Of a stretch of DNA of 64,000 bases, positions 62,001-64,000 are shown in pieces. A model generated the notes under the pieces. The model worked only from the letters and a program-made list of their open reading frames with translations, did not search any database and had not been told where the DNA came from. The stretch's first letter is position 1. Every line of letters starts with the position of its first letter. Location: positions 40,721 to 104,720 of IMG/VR virus record IMGVR_UViG_3300025724_000001. The stretch is one strand, 5' to 3'. This DNA is from a virus (taxonomy: Duplodnaviria > Caudoviricetes). The position numbers and the translations under genes were made by a program.

Positions 62001-63131
62001 GGTTCGTCTGGAACATCTGGAAGTTCAGGAAGTTCCGGTACTAGTGGCAGTTCTGGTATTTCTGGGTCATCAGGAACATCAGGTTCTAGTGGTTCTGACG
62101 GATCTTCGGGTACTAGTGGTAGTTCTGGGTTATCAGGAAGTTCTGGTACTAGTGGCAGTTCTGGTATTTCTGGGTCATCTGGAACATCAGGAAGTAGTGG
62201 TAGTTCTGGAACATCTGGAAGTTCAGGTTTGTCAGGAACATCAGGTAGTAGTGGTAGTTCTGGAACATCTGGTAGTTCGGGTATAAGTGGTAGTAGTGGT
62301 ACATCAGGAAGTAGTGGTAGTTCAGGTTCATCTGGTATATCTGGTGTTGATGGATCATCAGGCACATCTGGAAGTTCTGGAATATCTGGTTCATCAGGAA
62401 CATCTGGAAATAGTGGTAGTTCTGGTACATCTGGAAGTTCTGGTATTTCAGGTTCATCAGGAACATCTGGTACTAGTGGTAGTTCTGGACTATCTGGTAT
62501 TGATGGAACATCGGGAAGCTCAGGATCGAGTGGAACATCTGGTAGTTCTGGTATTTCAGGTTCGTCTGGAACATCTGGTAGTTCTGGTATTTCAGGTTCG
62601 TCTGGAACATCTGGAAGTTCTGGAATATCAGGCACATCAGGAACATCTGGCAGTTCTGGTTCATCTGGAACATCTGGTTCGGGTGGTAGTAGTGGAACAT
62701 CTGGCAGTTCTGGTTCATCTGGTATATCTGGTGTTGACGGATCATCAGGTACATCTGGTAGTTCTGGAATATCAGGTTCGTCTGGAACATCTGGTATTTC
62801 AGGTTCATCTGGAACATCTGGAAGTTCTGGAACATCTGGTAGTTCTGGATTATCAGGTATTGATGGAACATCTGGTAGTTCTGGAACATCTGGTAGTTCT
62901 GGATTATCAGGTATTGATGGAACATCTGGTAGTTCTGGAACATCTGGTGTGTCTGGCGCGTCTGGAACATCAGGTACAAGTGGTACATCACCAAATATGG
63001 ATGATTATATTACTAACACATGTGATATTTGGACGGGTACAGGAAAAGTAACTTGTATTGTAACATTAACTCAACTAGAATATGATGCAATTGGTACAAA
63101 AAACCCAAATACTTTATATGTAATAATTTAA
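56055..63131 (+). CDS. Giant Gly-X-Ser repeat (collagen/polyglycine-II-like) fibre protein
   Basis: 2358 aa; Gly every third residue over most of its length; five copies of a ~85-aa domain; C-terminal LTQLEYDAIGTKNPNTLYVI motif. Confidence 0.85.
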   Translation: MAINLNDNINLKAPKILDWRYGPWVSVLEANTSISLEQRQRGLTVGILSGTGINEYWYYAGITDSDLILKTIGGGSGESGTSGTSGTSGESGTSGTSGSSGSSGISGIDGSSGTSGTSGTSGSSGESGSSGTSGIDGTSGTSGTSGSSGESGSSGTSGIDGSSGTSGTSGSSGISGIDGSSGTSGSSGSSGSSGTSGSSGFSGTDGSSGTSGSSGSSGSSGISGDRYMATSTDTLTISGGTQTLNIGSGYSYSAGQSLVIGYDSSNYMTGMVSSYDPVTGILVGNIVDVTGSGTYSEWDINLAGAQGADGSSGSSGTSGTSGLSGSSGTSGSGGTSGTSGSSGSSGISGIDGSSGTSGESGTSGTSGSSGIDGSSGTSGSSGLSGVDGTSGSSGSSGTSGSSGTSGGSGFDGTSGSSGSSGTSGTSGTSGLSGSSGTSGSSGSSGSSGLSGDRYLATSTNTLTISGGTQTLNIGTGYSYSAGQSLVIGYDSTNYMTGMVSSYDPMTGELVGDIIDVTGSGTYSEWDINLAGAQGADGSSGTSGTSGTSGISGSSGTSGSSGSSGTSGLSGSSGTSGSSGITGEDGSSGTSGTSGSSGTNGSSGTSGSSGSDGSSGTSGSSGSSGIDGSSGTSGSSGSGGTSGTSGSSGISGVDGTSGSSGSSGTSGSGGSSGTSGSSGSSGTSGSSGSSGTSGSSGTSGNSGTSGSSGSSGTSGTSGSSGSSGTSGSSGSSGTSGSSGSSGTSGSSGTSGSSGSSGTSGSNGSSGTSGTSGSSGSSGSSGFSGDRYLATSTDTLTISGGTQTLNIGTGYSYSAGQSLVIGHDGTNYMTGIVSSYDPITGLMVGDIQTVEGSGTYSEWDINLAGAQGADGSSGSSGSSGTSGVSGSSGSSGSSGTSGTSGSSGSSGTNGSSGTSGSSGSSGTSGSSGSSGTSGSSGSSGTSGSSGSDGSSGTSGSSGSSGSSGTSGSSGSSGTSGSSGSSGTSGSSGSAGSSGTSGTSGSSGSSGTSGSSGSSGTSGSSGSSGLSGSSGTSGSSGSSGTSGTSGSSGSSGTSGSSGSSGTSGSSGSSGSSGTSGSSGSNGSSGTSGTSGTSGSSGSSGTSGSSGSSGTSGSSGSSGTSGSSGTSGSSGSSGTSGSSGSDGSSGTSGSSGSSGSSGFSGDRYLATSTDTLTISGGTQTLNIGTGYSYSAGQSLVIGHDGTNYMTGIVSFYDPTTGLMVGDIQTIEGSGTYNEWDINLAGAQGADGSSGSSGTSGTSGISGSSGTSGSSGTSGTSGSSGSSGISGSSGTSGSSGSSGTSGSSGSSGTSGSSGSSGTSGSSGSDGSSGTSGSSGSSGTSGSSGSDGSSGTSGSSGSDGSSGTSGSSGSSGTSGIDGSSGTSGSSGISGSSGTSGSSGSGGSSGTSGTSGSSGSSGSAGSSGSSGTSGSSGTSGSSGTSGSSGSSGVSGTDGSSGTSGSNGSDGSSGTSGTSGVSGSSGTSGSSGSSGTSGNSGTSGTSGSSGSDGSSGTSGTSGSGGTSGSSGSSGTSGSSGSSGSSGTSGSSGLSGTSGSSGSSGTSGSDGSSGTSGTSGTSGSSGTSGSSGSSGTSGTSGSSGSSGTSGSSGSSGTSGSSGTSGTSGSSGSSGTSGWSGDRYLATSTDTLTIGYGTQTLNIGSGYSYSAGQSLIIGYDSSNYMTGIVSSYNPVTGVLVGNVLDVTGSGTYSEWDINLAGAQGADGSSGTSGTSGSSGSVGSSGTSGTSGSSGSSGSSGTSGSSGISGIDGSSGTSGSGGSSGTSGSSGSSGTSGSSGSSGISGTSGTSGSSGSSGTNGSSGTSGSSGTSGSSGTSGLDGSSGTSGTSGSSGSNGSSGTSGTSGSSGSSGTSGSSGTSGSSGSSGTSGSSGVSGSSGTSGSSGSSGVDGTSGTSGTSGTGVSGTTYNDFYYDPDTKTLFVSNIHLTGSSITATNIPVVEDTGTKLVLSGNVICEVTNITTGTSGTSGTSGSSGISGSSGTSGSSGSSGTSGSSGISGSSGTSGSSGSDGSSGTSGSSGLSGSSGTSGSSGISGSSGTSGSSGSSGTSGSSGLSGTSGSSGSSGTSGSSGISGSSGTSGSSGSSGSSGISGVDGSSGTSGSSGISGSSGTSGNSGSSGTSGSSGISGSSGTSGTSGSSGLSGIDGTSGSSGSSGTSGSSGISGSSGTSGSSGISGSSGTSGSSGISGTSGTSGSSGSSGTSGSGGSSGTSGSSGSSGISGVDGSSGTSGSSGISGSSGTSGISGSSGTSGSSGTSGSSGLSGIDGTSGSSGTSGSSGLSGIDGTSGSSGTSGVSGASGTSGTSGTSPNMDDYITNTCDIWTGTGKVTCIVTLTQLEYDAIGTKNPNTLYVII
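56276..62990 (+). repeat. 9-nt-period GGN-(ACN/AGT/TCN)-(TCN/AGT) repeat tracts interrupted by five ~260-nt domain repeats
   Basis: Domain copies start at about 56724, 57405, 58401, 59523 and 60933 (GDRY.ATST...WDINLAGAQGADG). Confidence 0.9.
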
Positions 63132-63193
63132 ATGTACTTTAATTTTAATAATTAATTGTTTAATTTTCGTTGATTGTTGTTTTGTAGATTTTT

Positions 63194-64000
63194 ATGAGTG
63201 ATTTTTTATTTGAAACAAATTATCCTCCGGCAATATATCTGGGTGACAACACCGTTAAATCAATAAGGGTGGGTAATACTATTGTATGGCCTAGAACACC
63301 AACACCATCAGCTTCAGTATCACCAACACCAGGTGCTTCAGTAACACCTAGTGTTTCATTTAGTAAAACTCCTAGTATCACACCCACTATTTCATTTAGC
63401 AGAACTCCTAGCATTACACCGAGTATTTCATTTAGCAGAACTCCTAGCATAACACCTAGTATTTCATTTAGTAGAACACCAAGTATTAGCATCACACCGA
63501 GTATATCGTTTAGTAGAACACCTAGCATTACACCGAGTATTTCATTCAGTAAAACACCTAGCATAACGCCTAGTATATCATTTAGTAGAACACCAAGTAT
63601 AACACCATCAATATCGTTTAGTAGAACACCAAGTATAACACCATCAATATCGTTTAGTAGAACACCTAGCATTACACCGAGTATTTCATTCAGTAGAACA
63701 CCAAGCATATCGTTCTCAAGAACACCAAGTATTAGCATCACACCGAGTATATCGTTTAGTAGAACACCTAGCATTACACCGAGTATTTCATTCAGTAAAA
63801 CACCTAGCATAACGCCTAGTATATCATTTAGCAGAACACCTAGCATAACACCAAGTATTTCATTTAGCAGGACACCCAGCATTACACCAAGTATTAGCAT
63901 CACACCGAGTATATCGTTTAGTAGAACACCTAGCATTACACCGAGTATTTCATTCAGTAGAACACCAACTAGAACGCCTAGTTTATCAATTAGTAGAACA
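63194..64000 (+). CDS. S/T/P-repeat virion protein (3' truncated; absent from ORF track)
   Basis: ATG at 63194: MSDFLFETNYPPAIYLGDNTVKSIRVGNTIVWPRTPTPS, then (SRTPSITPSISF)n open to the window end. Confidence 0.85.
   Translation, partial: MSDFLFETNYPPAIYLGDNTVKSIRVGNTIVWPRTPTPSASVSPTPGASVTPSVSFSKTPSITPTISFSRTPSITPSISFSRTPSITPSISFSRTPSISITPSISFSRTPSITPSISFSKTPSITPSISFSRTPSITPSISFSRTPSITPSISFSRTPSITPSISFSRTPSISFSRTPSISITPSISFSRTPSITPSISFSKTPSITPSISFSRTPSITPSISFSRTPSITPSISITPSISFSRTPSITPSISFSRTPTRTPSLSISRT
63345..64000 (+). repeat. Tandem 36-nt repeat encoding SRTPSITPSISF
   Basis: Roughly 17-18 imperfect units, with longer exact internal duplications. Confidence 0.9.

Noticed and set aside
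53233-62994. Long minus-strand ORFs rich in PEVP/PDVP/PELP, and alternative-frame ORFs rich in V/L/H/Q
   Set aside because: Shadows of the Gly-X-Ser repeat: its 9-nt codon pattern gives Pro every third residue on the antisense strand and few stops. They coincide with the repeat tracts.
13560-63936. Minus-strand GVLL/GVIL ORFs (13560, 17010, 27090, 30381, 32243, 63220)
   Set aside because: Antisense of S/T/P linkers. The real reading is the + strand, including the unlisted ORF from 63194.
63345-64000. 36-nt periodic repeats (also at 27255-27700) as a CRISPR array
   Set aside because: No unique spacers, the unit is a multiple of 3 and in frame, variation is mostly synonymous, and no cas genes are present.
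1-64000. Stop-codon reassignment as seen in some large phages
   Set aside because: The standard code gives dense, very long ORFs, and TAA, TGA and TAG all end genes at sensible boundaries.
1-64000. tRNA/rRNA genes, introns, inteins or IS elements
   Set aside because: None recognisable by eye; intergenic gaps are short and enzymes look uninterrupted. A tRNA/covariance-model scan was not possible.

Overview
AT-rich, almost entirely + strand segment of a large contractile-tailed (T4-like baseplate) phage genome, probably a jumbo phage. The host is most likely Bacteroidota: there is a consensus TTTG-N19-TAnnTTTG promoter, a Bacteroidota-like sigma70, NrdJ and Hc1-type protein, and D-(S/T)-hydrophobic sequons in its membrane proteins. 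Gene order: C-terminus of a class II ribonucleotide reductase; baseplate/tail module (gp25-like, kinase-like insert, gp6-like wedge, very large structural proteins with Ser/Thr/Pro linkers and appended beta-helix, LamG, SGNH-like and Ig-like domains); replication/recombination module (RuvC-like, primase, PD-(D/E)XK nuclease, Mre11/Rad50, sigma70); putative lysis cassette; putative head-packaged proteins; Dam-type methylase and glutaredoxin; two giant Gly-X-Ser repeat fibre proteins; a truncated S/T/P-repeat gene. The main candidate for an undescribed system has two parts. First, an [S/T]-G-x-T motif is strongly enriched in outer virion proteins, absent from the cytoplasmic enzymes, and polymerised in relaxed form in the Gly-X-Ser fibres, which suggests a virion-wide modification (O-glycosylation) code. 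Second, S/T/P linkers appear to act as recombination joints for swapping surface domains, including a 57-nt exact linker match between genes 46.7 kb apart. Also seen: a TATTTAT late-promoter motif with a T4-style translational-repression hairpin, and a candidate -1 frameshift. All family assignments come from motif recognition by eye and all counts are hand counts; no searches were run.
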